Both the position numbers and the translations under genes were made by a program. A DNA stretch of 61,621 nucleotides, filler included, from Trichosphaerium sp. ATCC 40318 (lineage: Eukaryota > Protista > Tubulinea), in the NCBI GenBank assembly GCA_038496445.1. It is 4 parts of 4 records of this genome, joined end to end, with 100 filler letters (N's around TTAATTAATTAA, not from the genome) between each part and the next. Parts side by side here need not be neighbours in the genome. Positions count along the whole stretch, not along the records: positions 1 to 27,158 come from JALMLS010000258.1; positions 27,259 to 44,796 come from JALMLS010000319.1; 2 more parts are not named here. One strand, 5' to 3'. Numbering within the stretch: the first letter of the stretch is position 1; each line of letters begins with the position of its first letter. The notes beneath the pieces are model-generated. The model searched no databases, was not told the origin of the DNA, and was given only the letters and a program-made list of their open reading frames with translations. Positions 22,430 through 36,409 of the stretch are shown one piece after another.

Positions 22430-23978
22430 ATGTCAAAGAGCAAGAACAACAATGATAAAACTCATATTAATCTCGTTGTAATTGGTCATGCCGATGCAGG
22501 TAAATCAACAACATGCGGTCACTTGATATTCAAATGTGGTGGTGTCGACAAGAGAAGAATGCAAGTGGTGGAACAAAAGGCTGAAGAAAAGGGAATGAAG
22601 TCATTTGCTTATGCTTTCGTCATGGACAACACTGAAGAAGATCTATCTCATGGTGTCACAATCCAAACAATAACCAAGAAATTTTTCACCAACAACTACC
22701 ACGTGAGTCACTTTTGACTAATTACAGCGCCTCTGGAACCTTTTTTCTGACTTCGTTGTTTAGTTTACGATCATTGATGCTCCTGGACACCAAGATTTTA
22801 TCAAGAATATGATCACTGGTACCTCCCAAGCTGACGCAGTATTACTTGTCGTTCCAGCAACAAAGGGAGAGTTTGAGACTTCCATCTCTACCAACGGACA
22901 AACTCGCGAACATGCTTTGCTCGCTTACACTCTTGGTGTCAAGCAATTGATTATTGGTGTAAACAAGATGGACGCAAAGACTGTCAACTACGCTGAAACC
23001 AGATACAAGGAAATTGTCGCTGAAGTATCAGCCTTTTTGAAAAAGTACGTTCAACATGTGCGTGAGTGTTTTGTCCACTAACATTTTGCGGAGGATTGGG
23101 TTCAACACTAACAGTGTTCCTTTCGTTCCCATCTCTGGATTCGCTGGTGACAACATGACGGAGAAATCAAGCAACATGTCATGGTGGAAGGGCCCAACAT
23201 TGCTCCAAGCGCTTGACAACTTGAAGCCTCCAAAGCGTCCTACAAACAAGCCATTGAGAATGCCAATTCAAAGTGTCTACAAAATCAAAGGTTTCGGTAC
23301 TGTTGTCACTGGGCGTATCGAAGCAGGTCTTATCAAAGCCGGCCAAAAGGTGAAACTCGCACCGTCTGGTTTAATGGCTGAAGTGAGATCTATAGAGATG
23401 CACAATACCCAAATGACGCAGGCTGGTCCCGGTGACAATGTTGGTGTAAACTTGAGAGGTGTCTCTGTAAAGCAATTAGAACGTGGTACAGTGATTGGTG
23501 AGATTGGTGCTTCAGTACCTCTTGCTGAAGTGACTGAATTCGTTGCTCAAATCATCATCATATACCACCCAAAGAAGATCTTTGCTGGATACAGCCCGGT
23601 CTTTGGTAAGTTGTCTTTTTAGCTTTCTTGTGTTTTAATACTTACGTTCCTTCTCTTCTAGACATTCACACTGCTCATACTGCATGCCGCTTTGCCGAAC
23701 TCTTGACAAAGCTTGATCGCAAGACGAACGAAGTGACAGAAAAGAATCCTGCTTATCTCACTCTGCAATGGTTCGCTTGATTCCTACCAACCCACTTTGC
23801 TGTGAATCTTTCAAGGATATGCCTCCTCTTGGTCGTTTTGCAATCCGTGATATGAACAAGGTACCATTTCTTTTGTTTAACTATTCATCGGTTGTTCCTT
23901 CACCTGCTTACTTTTTATATCTAGACTGTGGCTGTAGGTATCATTAAATCAGTTACCAAGAAGGTTCAAGATGCTTGA
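22430..23978 (+). pseudogene. tef1: Divergent EF-1alpha paralog with a frameshift in domain III
   Basis: [59 protein letters not shown] ~10-nt deletion near 23760 gives a premature TGA at 23778. Confidence 0.85.
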
Positions 23979-24805
23979 AAAACCGCAGCGGCTACATCTC
24001 AGTGCTGGTTGCTTTGGATCGTGTTCCTGAAAGCAAAACAAATCAAATAAACCTTTTTTTTAGACCCTTAAAAAATAGCTTTGTTCTAGTTCCTAATGCT
24101 GTCACTTACTCAACCTTGTAATATTGCCGTTTAGTACTATGTTGTGGAAAACTGAAGGATATAAAACACCTCTTTACAATATTTTCGGTAAAGTTCATAA
24201 CAACAAAGACAAGAACTATAAGCATGCGATTGATCAATGAATCGAACCTCAAAAAACGTCTCATCACTTCCGTAACCATTTTTTTTACCCTCATCTACAC
24301 GCTGAACTTACAGTTTCTATAGCATGTTTTACGTCTATTAACACTATCCGGAGCACCAGTAATCCCACTGCGCTATTACAGTATAGATGATACTTACGTC
24401 ACGAATGATGAGGAAAGTGATCATTTCTGAAAATGAAAGCAGCAAGGTCGTACCAAGTATATTACATCATTTCTTAACTACCCAATGTGTGATTTTGAGT
24501 GAAATCCTACGTCGGGTATCGTTTACACCAGTTCGGGTTTTTCTTAAAATTTGAGAAACCCACGTGTTACCTAAAAAGTATTAAAAAGTAAAAATGTAGG
24601 ATTACAATTCGGGCCTCTTACAACCTTATTTAAGTAGCTGATTACAATCACTAGCGATTTTAGAAGCGGTGTCGTTACATGTCTATACTTGTGCTACAAA
24701 ATAGCGTCATAGACACTAGAAATCTCGAAGAATTTACAAACGAAGTTTGTGGACTTTTTTTTTTAAAGGAAGTACATAATATACTCACTCTTTACACAAA
24801 GCCAC

Positions 24806-27061
24806 ATGACACCAAAGTGCTTGTACGTTATAATCATATTAACTCTGATTTTGAGTATCTATGCCACGTCTGAAGAAGGTACCACAAGAGTTCTTTTCAC
24901 CCATCTAATATTTTTACAGAGCCACAAGCATTCCAGTGCTACGGCACAGAGTGTAAACAAATATACAAATCGCTGTCTAGCACTGAGAAAAGGTCAACAC
25001 CTACACTGATTGTAAGCAACACTTAACTCTTTATCTCTCTACAAGCGCCTCTAATCACTTCAACAGGTTGATTCTCGTACTATTTCATGGGAAGTGCGTT
25101 TTACAGATTGCGTCAATGGTACAGGCATTGGATTCGATAGTCCTACAAACGGCGATCAGGTAAGTTTTATACTAATGTGGAGACTTCAGGAGATTATACC
25201 ATGTTCAGTTGTGGTCATATCCAAAAATCTATTAACAAGGAAGTCTAGGCGCAAGCTATAGTTGTTGAGGTACTACAATACTTAGGAGGTATTCTTGACT
25301 TTCCAAACAGAAACAAAGGTACCTTGTTATTGTACTACTACGTCATTCAGTACAAACTAAACAAGTGTTATGCTTTAGCAAAGAGAACTCTGTCAGTTAC
25401 TTTTGAGGCTTCTGAAAATGTGCAAAATGGATCAAGGTTAGCATCAGCTGGAACATTCTGGGTTGGTTTCAGAAACAGCTTTAACCGTGGTGCTGCTACA
25501 TTACGTTATGAGCGCAATGTCAAGCCGTTTCCTCAATATAGTAACCCTGATATATCTGTTACTGTTAACTTTGGAGCAGGTACGTTTATTATTTTAGTAA
25601 AAGTAGTACCGCACCGAATGAGTGTACAATCTCAAAAAACCCAAAAGGAAATAAAAATTACCAAAATGTTCGGGTTTTTTGGGATCTTTTGCCCGTGTCA
25701 TTCAGGCGCCAGAGTAGTATTATTTTAGCTCTCGTCTGTAGAAAATACTTTAGAGGCTTTTGATTTTTGTTGACAACTTTGAACGATGCAGATAGTACTT
25801 TGTTTTTGGAAACACTTCCTCACTATCACTGTAGCTCCGCTTTTCTTTTTGTACTTATGCTTTTAACGTAGAATACCATTTCTCTGCGGGCACCAATATA
25901 ACAAATTCTACGTATAAACTAACTACTTAACGTTTTGGTAAGCAAAGACATAATTTTTTCTTTGTAGGTATGATTTTTATACTGTTCTTCTTCACGAGAT
26001 TATACACGGATTTGGCTTTACTAGTCTTACACGTGCGTTGTTACATTCTTATTTTTCAGTCATCTAACTTATTTTGTAGTTGCAGATGGCTCGTCAAGCA
26101 CTGGGGTATGTGGAAAAGAGCAGAAAAAAAACAAGGAAAAAAAAAAAGAAACACAAAAACTAGCTGATTGTCTTTGTTTTAGCTTACGAACTTCAGAACA
26201 AGATTTGAGCGTTCAATGTATCTTCAAAATTTTACCACATTGTTATTTAGTAGCGTTGGATCACTGCGTACCCCAACTAGCGGATTAACGTACAACGCTC
26301 CTATCGAAAAAACTATCATCCTGAAGCTAACTTTTTGAAGAGGTGCCGCTGGACCAATAGTATACAAATCACATGAAACTGAAGCTTGTGATACTCTACC
26401 CCAACTGTATTTCCCTTCAACGTTTAGGAGGTACAATATTTTGTAAAACTAGCTTACAAACAAAATAATACAAACAAAGACATGCCTACCAATTAAAGCA
26501 AATCACGTGATTAAATACTATTTTATAGAGGATCAAGCATGTCACATATTGATGCTACAGCTATGCCACAAGCTGTAATGAACCATGGTCTATATCGTGG
26601 TCAACTTAAACGAGAGTTGCAACCAGCAGAGATTTCAATTCTTGAAAGTAAGTCATTAACTACAACTAAAAGAAAAGCTCTTGGCTAATTTTTACAATTA
26701 AGGTCTTGGTTGGGTGTTCAATAACACTTTGGCACCATCTTGTTATAGTTTATCGCTACCTCCAACACGTTTCTTAACAAATCCACCCCAAACGGTTGCC
26801 ACCAACTCTCCAACGCAGACAGCAGTTGCTCCTGTAGCACAACTGGAGCCATCCACTGGATCAACGCCACCTCCAACGCCATCTACCGGATTTACCTCAC
26901 CATCGACATCACCTACACCTTCAACGCCAGTTAGTGGTGAGAAGTTTCATCGTGGTGCTGCACAAGCTAAATACTATCTGTTGGCAATATGGATATTTAT
27001 CTCTTTGGTATGGTTTTTTTCTTATACAACTTCACGTTGTATTGATAGAATTTTATTTTAA
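24806..27061 (+). CDS. Secreted, probably GPI-anchored zincin metalloprotease with Pro/Ser/Thr stalk
   Basis: Signal peptide MTPKCLYVIIILTLILSIYA; YDFYTVLLHEIIHGFGF (~25970); GSSMSHID..AVM; PTPST-rich region; hydrophobic C-terminus. Confidence 0.75.
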
Positions 27062-27158
27062 CTTCTATTTAGTTAACATGTTGACGAAAATTGTGTACAT
27101 TGATTTGAGTATTGTAATATCCTGTTTTGTAAAGTTTAAATAATACTCCCCTCCCCGT

Positions 27159-27258
27159 NNNNNNNNNNNNNNNNNNNNNNNNNNNNNNNNNNNNNNNNNN
27201 NNTTAATTAATTAANNNNNNNNNNNNNNNNNNNNNNNNNNNNNNNNNNNNNNNNNNNN
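27159..27258. other. Scaffold gap with artificial TTAATTAATTAA spacer (also 44796-44895 and 55613-55712)
   Basis: Identical N-spacer-N structure three times. Confidence 0.97.
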
Positions 27259-27280
27259 GTTAACTAACTGCCCCATTTAG

Positions 27281-27522
27281 CAAGGACCATTGTTGTGTGG
27301 CGAAACATGTGATACAAAATGGATGGTTGTCCTCCTGGATGGCGTAAACGTGGTCGTGAAAAGAATGGTCAATGTACGTGAAAATCCAAAGTGGTAGCAA
27401 ACTTCTTAGTACTTACCTTTATTAGGTTCAACTGCATACTGCTACCCTGGATCTCCATTATGCTTTCGCATCAGAAGTGATAAATGGTGTTGCTGGAGCA
27501 AGCTGCTTGTGGAAGCTGTTAG
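27281..27522 (+). pseudogene. Second copy (exons 2-3) of the Cys-rich secreted peptide gene; carries indels; exon 1 falls in the gap
   Basis: Near-identical to the reverse complement of ~42387-42622, including the intron position and 3' UTR; three 1-nt indels. Confidence 0.75.
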
Positions 27523-27937
27523 TCACTAACAACTTTACTGTGCTTTTAATCAAATAAAGACAACTTAGTTAAAGTACACAATGGAGTTTATTTGTTAAAC
27601 CCTTTCTTTTTGCTCGTATTACCTGTTTAAGAAGATTGATACACTCTTGCGATATTCCTTTACTCTTCGGACTTCTAAGAATTATTGCTATGCTTGGTAG
27701 TACCCAAGAACCCAAGCTGAGATAATCAACATTTGTTCTTAATAAATATACGAAATAGGTTTAAAACTGTCCAATGCTTTCGTGCTCTCTGTCTCAAATT
27801 CTCTTCTTTACACTATTGGGTAGTAACGATTTTCTCATACGTATGCTTCGTAATCATCCATCTTCATGATCTCAGTGATGTAATCAGAATGTGCGTGTTT
27901 CACCCTCTCTCTACCAACTCAATGTATTTGTATCTGT

Positions 27938-28130
27938 CCAGATTGTTCACTTGACCAAGTTTAGATATGTTATAGGTACTCAATGAGCACAATTACTCTT
28001 TGTATAGTACCTATTGAACCGATAGTAGTCAAGAGCCTCCTTTCTTTGCATAGATGTTCGGATTCTTCTAGTGACTGGGAGCTGCGCTCTTGTCAAAGGA
28101 TTTCAACGCGAGCTCAATCTTCTTGCTAAC
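27938..28130 (-). repeat. Dispersed repeat / gene relic; inverted copy at ~38550-38715 and a diverged copy at ~38311-38397
   Basis: Shared ...GGCTCTTGACTAYTATCGGTTCAATAGGTACTATACAAAGAGTAA.TGTGCTCATTGAGTACC...AAACTTGGTCAAGTGAACAATCTGG. Confidence 0.7.
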
Positions 28131-28913
28131 ATCTCCGTCTCACTAATGTTTATTATTCTCATTTTAGTCAAAATAAAACCCTTTGCGATGTGTTAGAATT
28201 CAGTCAAGTCTTACATATTACATTTCTTCCAGGACATACAAGTCAGCACAATGAATTTGTTATGAATTGCCAGCTGGATACTTTAAGGATTAACAACTGT
28301 TGTCAATTTGTAATGCAAGTAGTGACAATTAGGTGGCTTTACCGTCATGTGGTAGCCTTTCATAGTACTCACGATACTTACGTTTGCACTGTACTAAGAC
28401 ACTAGTTGGCAGTTTTCTACAGACGTGGTAAAAAAAAAAGTCGTTCCTAGTAAGCAACCAGCAATACATTTCTCCGAAGGCGCAACAAGTCTCCAAGGCA
28501 CGGCAAGCAGTGATCGCGTTGTAATAGGATTTTGTAGTATTTATTCACTATGCACATGGTACGTACGATGCGCATACTGCGCCTTAGCTTTTTTTTTGAG
28601 GCTATGCTTTAATAACAAGCACAACTACCGTTGGGTTTTTTTTATTTGATTTATGCTGTAAGAACAAAACGGCGCAAAAACACGTGATTTCTTAGAAATA
28701 GGACATATCACGCGTCACGTGCCAAATTTCTTGAAAACTAGTGCGAACCAGTCAATCCAGTTTTTTACTCAGTACAAAACTACTTATTTGTAGTTCTTAC
28801 AACAGTAAAGGCCAACAAACCAGCAGCCTAGCTTGACTGACACAAGATAATATTTTTGTACTATTATCTAACATTTTTTCTTCGTAGTATTCTAGTCCCT
28901 TGTGTAAAAAAAA

Positions 28914-29688
28914 TTGTGCAATGAATTGCATGCTTTGACTTTATTGGATATTCCATGTGAACTTCAAACCTATATTTGTACTTTCAACGTTGAAACATTC
29001 ACGAAATTCCACACTCTATCAAAGAGAGCTGCAACAAATACTCATTTTAATGAAGTATTACAAAGAAAAGGGATATGGATAAGATGGTATAAAAGTGGAA
29101 AGGTGAAGTCTCATCAATACACAGTAAATGGGTTGATTAAAGAATTATCCAAATGGATCACTCAAGGAGCAGTACATACAAGTCAATGGTAAAAAAGAGG
29201 TGAGTGGTTGTCATGGTATGAAAGTGGACAACTTCAGGTCCAATCCATGTGGGTTAATGATAAACAGCATGGTGAAAATAAAGCATGGTATGACAACGGA
29301 CAACTACTATACCATGCCATGTGGGTTAATGGTAAACTAAATGGTGAATTTAAAAAGTGGCATAGCAATGGACAACTTGAGCGACAAGCCTCATGGGTTG
29401 ATGGTAAACATACTGGTGAAAGTAAAGGATGGTTTAAGAATGGCCAATTACAGTATCTATTCATGTGGGCCAATGACAAACAACATGGCAAACGTAGAGA
29501 TTTGTATGAGAATGGACAACTTGAAGGCCAATCCATGTGGGTCAATGGTAAACAAACTGGCGAAAGTATAGGATGGTATGAAAGTGGACAACTTCAGGAC
29601 CAGTCCATGTGGGTTGATGGTAAAGACATGGAGATATTAAAGGCTGGTATGAAGATGGAAAACTAAAGTACTTAAAGAACAAACTATA
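28914..29688 (+). pseudogene. F-box-like + MORN-variant repeat gene, frameshifted
   Basis: LLDIPCELQTYICTF and WY.NGQL repeats, split over ORFs 28914..29192 and 29208..29666 with a further frameshift near 29625. Confidence 0.8.
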
Positions 29689-30129
29689 ATTGTGTAATCT
29701 CTTAAATACATTAGTTAAGTACGGATACTACAGGACAATGTTTGTGCCGTAAAGCGTCATCCTTTGGTGTATTGCCCCATCTATCTTTTTTATCACATAA
29801 GGCGCCTACATCAAGCAAGAACTTAACCAATACTTTTCTTGGTACCAGTGAGCGTCTGTACGAAGTGTAGCAGATCACAACCAATAGGCACTCTCTGACA
29901 TATCAGAAACGTTGCAGGAAACATCTGTAGAAGTGTAGGAGCACAACGTAAACATACAAAAAATGAAATCAAAGTTCTGCATTGTTACTCTAAACATACT
30001 ATTTAACTGAATGTCGTATCCACATTGTTGTGCCCAATAAGTGTTCAATACTCGTACAAGTAACTGTCAAATAAATAAACTCCTTTGTTTAAACAATGGC
30101 TACTACTGTTTTTAAAGTTCATAATGATG

Positions 30130-32037
30130 ACTCTTTCGATTTTTTTTTATGTAATAAAACTTTTGTACAAGTGTTTTTTTTTGTGGTTTTTTTTTTAAAT
30201 CACAATCTCCTTTTCTTTTGATTGCCAGACGTCTGTACGACTTCAGAAAAAAATAGAAGATATGACATATATACTGAATGCTCCTTGGTCAGTGTGGATA
30301 ACTTAAAAGCACTCTGCAACAATCCCTGGGTCAAGATCAGGTAAGTCTTCAAAAATCTTTTTGTTTGTTTGAGCTGAATTAACAGGGTTTGACTTTGGGA
30401 ATAAACTGTTCGTCTTTTGGTTATATGCGTTTCCAGGCTTTGTATATTGACCCATACCAATACTTGGATATCCATTTACCATTGTATCTCGTGGTTGAGC
30501 CATTATAGTTGTATCAAGACGAGGACGTTTACTTTCATGAGAAATAGAATCAAGACGCATTGAAAGGTTCTTATCATCTCCTGGTGCCTTCCTTTTTACG
30601 TGAGATGGGCCATCTTGGTGTTGTATTAGGTCATTTAATGTTGCTTTAAGCGTTATCAATTTCGCTACAAAAACCACTGTAAGCACGTGCAGTGAGAAGA
30701 CAAAAAGAAAATATTTTTGGTTGAAATCTTCCTAAAGCGTTACCTTTCTCTGCACGTTGTGACCTTTCTATGAGCTCTTCTAAAATCTTTATCAACCCAA
30801 TAAGTTCTATAGCTCTATCATATTCTCTGGCATTTAGGAGGGAGTCTGCATACTCTACAATTTGGTCCCTAAAGAAAGAAATTAATCACAACTACTGACA
30901 GGAGTTGACCTCGTACCTCAAAGGTTCAAAATCTTCTGCCGTGCTTGGTAAGCCTGCTGCGATGAGACCCTATAATAAACAATCAGTTTGTGTGACTCAT
31001 GTTGTCACTATTTCGGAAAAATATAACGAACCTTATCTCGAGCAATACCTACTTGATTGTTCCACTGTTGGAACTCTTTATCTATCACAAAAACGTTAGC
31101 AAACATACGAAAAAAAAGATTTAAAAATAAACTAAGTGTAGCTAGCGCACATCACGTGACAGCCTTTTTATTTTATCGAATACTTTGGTAAAAAATACGT
31201 ACACATGCGTTCAATATTGTGCTCTTCATCTGATATTAATCTACGGGGAATATCGCGACCTATAGATAAAGTTAAGGCCTAACATTGACGGTTTTTAAGT
31301 TTTATTTCAAAACATTTCATCCACAAACTCACCATTCTCTTTCCAAATCATCTGTGTCAATAAATCGTGCGTTGCAACTAAGTATCAAATAAGCTGATAG
31401 CAAACAAGAATAGTAACACAATAAAGAGTAACCATGCAAAGCAAACAAAATAAAAATAGAAAATAATAAAACAAAGACCTTACCTATCGATACACGAGCC
31501 TTGTTCATATGTAAATAATTTCTATAATGCTCCTTATCCTTATCAAAGCTGTTTTGCCATGAGGTATTTCTGTATATTACATGCACAGTCTGCATACTCT
31601 CTGGGCATTTTTCTCGCACCTACAAAATGAATAAGCTCTTTTTTTTTTTGGAAAAAACAAAAAATGGTTCACTGAGCCTTACCCTTGCGCAAAACCAATA
31701 CTCTACACCATCCATAACAGACTGTACTTCAACGTATGTTCCAGCATGAAGTTGCTTTCTAAAAAGTACGTCAGACAAGACCAGCAACGCAGAAAAAACG
31801 AAAGAAAAAAAAAGAACAGCGAATAAAAATGTTTATGATGTTCATTGCGTTCTTGTTAATTAACACAGTATTGTTTGATTGATATCTATCAACGTACTCC
31901 TTTGCTAAGACCTTAGGCCTTTGTTTTCGTAACTGCCACTCTTCAACAGTAGTCACATGATTTTTTCCCCATTCAATGACGTAGTAAGGAATAACAATAC
32001 CAATAACAGTCTTACATCCGAGATCTTGTACTCTTGC
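30130..32037 (-). CDS. Multi-exon protein with tandem Tudor/Agenet-like segments and a possible C-terminal CUE-like motif; boundaries approximate
   Basis: ARVQDLG...YYVIEW...VEEWQLRK and AGTYVEVQS..DGVEYWFCARV...VHVIY; KIFEDLPDLDPGIVAECF. Confidence 0.45.
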
Positions 32038-34748
32038 CTACAAAAAAAAAAAACGAAAAATTAGCACGTGCAAAATTCATGTGATAATTTTTCTTAAAGT
32101 ACTAAGGTGATTGGATACACATAATGAAAACGAAATTTTTTACGCTCAAAGGCGACAAAAGGGCAAAGACGAGAAAATTTTTCGGTTTTTTTCGTTTTGT
32201 TTTTTTTTTTCAGACTTAGAATACGGCTAAAACACCGCGAACGGTATTATTTTATTGGTGATAGTTTAATGCGATAGTTAAAACGGGTCGTTATAGAATT
32301 TAGCGCGAAAGAAAAAAAAAAAAAACAGACAAAAAGTCTGGGCGTAAAATGATGTTTTATGAATTCTGGAATATGCCTGTAGGTTAATCGAAAGGTAATT
32401 AATACGAATAAGGTAATAGATTGACATTTAAATACGAACAAAAGAAGTTAATCAAAAACCCAAAAAAAAATATCGCATTTAACTCGTTATATTGCTCGTA
32501 TATAATAACGTACCGATAGCCATGCGAACGAATGGTACGACTCTGCGCCTGTTAGAAGGAATTCAACATTTTCGCCCTTGACGAACTTGTGGCGCTTTTT
32601 AGTATAGTTAGGGTGCCGTATGGACTTGTTTACGCATTCCATCACCCTGTAACGTTTTTTAGCGGGCTGAGTGATAAAACAACCTTTTGAACGATTGATA
32701 AGAACAATAGAATAAGAGCATTAAAGAATAAAGATGTTTGAGGTGTTGTGGCGTAAAAGAAGAAAAATAAAGGGCGGAAAAGTTTCAACCCTCACTTGTC
32801 ATTGAAGTGTTATGAAATGCTTTAAAATGACGTGAAAGAGTTACTGCAATACAGGAAAAACCAAATGTTGAGAATATTGAAGTGCCTGTTGACAAAAAGC
32901 TCATTTTGTGAGTTAAAATTACTAGGCGTTAGGTGTGAAAAGGCGTTTTGATATTTGTAATGATTTCTCAAGCGAATTGAAGAAAAAGCCACAAACTCGT
33001 TATTAAAATAATTGTGCTGTTACCTTGAGGGAGCGCAGGTGTATGCGGCGTAAGTAACTTGGAAAATATGAAATCATTTGACTGTATGTGAAACCACTTG
33101 TCACTCAAGCCCGTACAAGTACGAAAACAGACTTGTCTACAATATTCAGTTGCTTTCGCAATAGTTCCCAATACTCAACCAAAAAAAGCGGTAAATGTTG
33201 TTTTTCAGTTAGTTGGCTCTTTGCACCCACAGTTGCGCTATTAGCGCGCAAAAATGCGGTTATAACGCAATGATATCGTACATGTCAACCACAGTGAGTG
33301 TTTGTGGTAGAAAAAAGCAAAACCAGTGTTTGCGTTACACAAGTGGCGGCTTTGCGTTAGAATACAATATTACTTGCGCTTGTGCTCTTTTACATTTTGT
33401 ACATGGTTTTTGTTTAAACCGCTAGTTTGTTAGGGCGTTCTACAATGGATTCTACAGTTGATTGAAGGAGCTTGTACGTAAATGTTCTCGTTTTGGTTTA
33501 CTTAGACTGTCAAGTGTCATCATTTTTAAAGTTTTGAGTGCAATGATGGATGGGATGCTACAAACAATAAGTAACAACGTCTTTTAGCGGTTTCGTAAGT
33601 TAAGAGGTTTTTGTTAAACGAAAAAGAAGTGGTTGGCTGCCAAAGTGGTTTGGGTTGTAATAACGACCGCAGTAGCTTCAAATAGAAGTATTCACAAAAA
33701 TAGTGTAGTAATGTAAAGGAGAATTCGTACAATTTGGGTTATGATGCTTCTCTGTCGTACTTGGGAGTGTGTCAATCTGCTCCGAAAAGCGATCTGGCCC
33801 GTGGTGCTGTATTACCCATAAGGCGTATGGATGTTGTAGAATACGATATAGACGCGAACCCTTCTCTATTGGCTGCGTTGAACGGTGTTTTGATGACTTT
33901 GCAGTGTTTTTTCTAGAAATAGGCAGTTCTCGTCTATGAATCGCAAAGTCGAGTATTTGAGGAGCGCTCATGTCAGTTCTTAATGGCTAGATTTATTTTA
34001 GCCAGTGGCGGAATTCGTTAAGTCATTTTGACAAAATGCTCACTTAATCAGTTTTGATGAGGTTTAAACGCAATGACAGGGAACGAGAATGCTCGGAAAT
34101 GGTAGAAACAACGCATTTATTGCGATTAAGCACATGTTTGCCTTTTTTACTGTGTCACTATTTTATTGACACGCAATTACAGCTTGAAAAGCGTTTATTA
34201 TGTGGTTTGTTACGTAAAAGAAGCTTTAAAACGCTTGTTATCAACGACACGAAAAAATAGCAAAATTTTCTCGTTGCACAGTGCCGATCCCGCATACTTC
34301 CTTGAAGGAGCGCTCTTCATTGGCGAAATAAACGTATCTGGTGAGGGTTTGGAGCTCAAAAGCGCGTGGGCACAAATTTTTTTCCCAGCGCGAGATACAA
34401 AGCATACATCTGCGGCAAAAGCACACTTCATAGACCCCGTATCACCAGCGCCCACAAAATTATGAAGACTCGGCGTTGCTAGCGGGTAGTCAAAGGGCGT
34501 AATCTGCAAAATTCCGCATGCGGAGAAATAATATAACCTCACTCTAGATTTATTTTAATCGGTTTTTTTAAGGCACGTAAGGCTAAGCAAGGTTCTTTCA
34601 TAGATCTGTACTTTACCAGACTTTTTGCAATTAGAATAGTCCAGTACTTACAGGTGCCCTTTGCACTCGTACTATGTCATATCATGTGCAATTACATTGT
34701 TTAGTTGAAATTAAGTATCACGTGGTTATTTATTTTGTTAAAACAGAT

Positions 34749-36131
34749 TCATACAGACCAGCATTCAGAAGTAAGTAAGCGTGCAACTGTTCTGTCCTTC
34801 ATTTTCAAATATAACTTGTATGAACTACCACTAAGTTTGAAAGGCTCTGATTTACTTCCCTTCGAATAGATTGATACTGTTCGTTTGTACATATTCAATG
34901 TAACACATATTACATCTATGGAGAAGTCAACAAACAAAATTAGAAACAACTCACGTGTAACTCGCTCGCGAGCACCTTTACTCGTGGCAGTGTATGTCTT
35001 TTTATGGGATTCGCCAAAACCTGTCGCCTTTACTCCCAAATAGAATTTAGTTCCTGTATAAGCTTTCACACTACAATACAGTTAATATTGTTAAGTAACA
35101 TAAACTGAATACCTGATTTCAACATGGTGGGCTCCTGAAGCAAAACTACCATTTACATATACCACACCGTGCCTCCAGCAATCCGAGTCTATCTTATAAT
35201 TGTTACCCTCTACGCGTGTGTCGTGCTCAGAGAGTGACAGGTATGATTCTTCTTGCAAACTAAACTTCCATAATGCCTTGTTAGATATTTCTTCGACTTT
35301 TGTGAGGTTCTTTTCAATCGCTAGTGCCTTAGTTCGTACAGCCTTGATACTCATATCCGCTGCTTTTTGTGAACGTGTTACAGCGCTTAATCCTGTCTTT
35401 GTATTCGAAAGCGTTCGTTCAAGTGAGTCCACTCGAGCAGTTTGCTTTGCGAGAAGAGCTAGAAAGTCTTTTTCAGACTTTTTTGTTGCTTCTGTGAAAC
35501 TGAGCTTTAATTCGTTTACTGCTGCAACTAAATCATGCGATTTATTCTCTTCTGAAGCCAATCTCGTCTTTAGGTCATTGACCATAATTTCAAGCCCTTC
35601 AGATTTCGTTCTTTCTCCCAAGAGACTAGCCTTCAACGCAGCAAGTTGGCTTCTAAGATCGGCAACCTTGAAAAAAAAGTTGTTAGCATCACGTGATATT
35701 TATTCTCCTTCACGAACCACTACTTCTGCTATGACTTGAGTATCGACGGGTTGTTGTAACAGAGAAATATGGAACAGCGATTGTTTGATATCAAGGATGT
35801 CGATCTCTGAGACTTCCAAAACAACTCCTTCGCTTGTGCTTACGTCTAAGGAAAATCGAGAAGTCTATTTGGTTTTAGTTGAAGTCTTTGCTAGCTTCGA
35901 TTGGCGCACATCATCTTTAATTGCTAGTTTCATCATAGTGAAGATATGTGCGAGGGTTGGGCACCGTTCTTTGGTAAGTTTACGTGCTCGAGCGTCATTT
36001 GATATTGTAACGCTGTATTTGCGAAATATGGACTTGCAAAATATTTCTAAGCCGTCACAGAGCGTCACAGTGAAATCTAGGTCTTTTTTTTTAAATTCCA
36101 GTATTTCCCGCTTCGCGCCTTCTTCTGCCAT
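34749..36131 (-). CDS. Coiled-coil protein with C-terminal SPRY/B30.2-like beta domain
   Basis: Three ORF blocks joined by introns; heptad region; SFASGAHHVEI...FYLGV...VICVTLNMYKRTVSIY. Confidence 0.55.
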
Positions 36132-36409
36132 GATTTTTTATTAGCGTAGAGCAAGTGGTTACGATCGTAAACGTTGTTTAGAGGGTTTAGTGTGATGCGA
36201 CTTAAGGTGTTTGCTGAAACTAAAAATAAATTGAAGAGAACTTGTTCTGAAATGTGTTGGTAAAGTTAAACTCTAGAGAGATTGCTACAAACATTGAACG
36301 TTGTTGACTCGCAGTTAATTAGTGGCTTCTAAATTCATTAAATACACACGTCGGTTAATAAACACGTGGTCAAATAGATAACTATCATATTTTACAACGA
36401 ACATAATTG

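Noticed and set aside
27143-27158. Stowaway-like end TA-CTCCCCTCCCCGT
   Set aside because: Only ~14 bp are visible before the gap, the match is imperfect, and no partner end was found.
27159-27258. TTAATTAATTAA motif repeated three times
   Set aside because: Artificial scaffolding spacer within N runs.
32900-34700. Overlapping short ORFs on both strands
   Set aside because: No recognisable motif or consistent exon chain could be supported.
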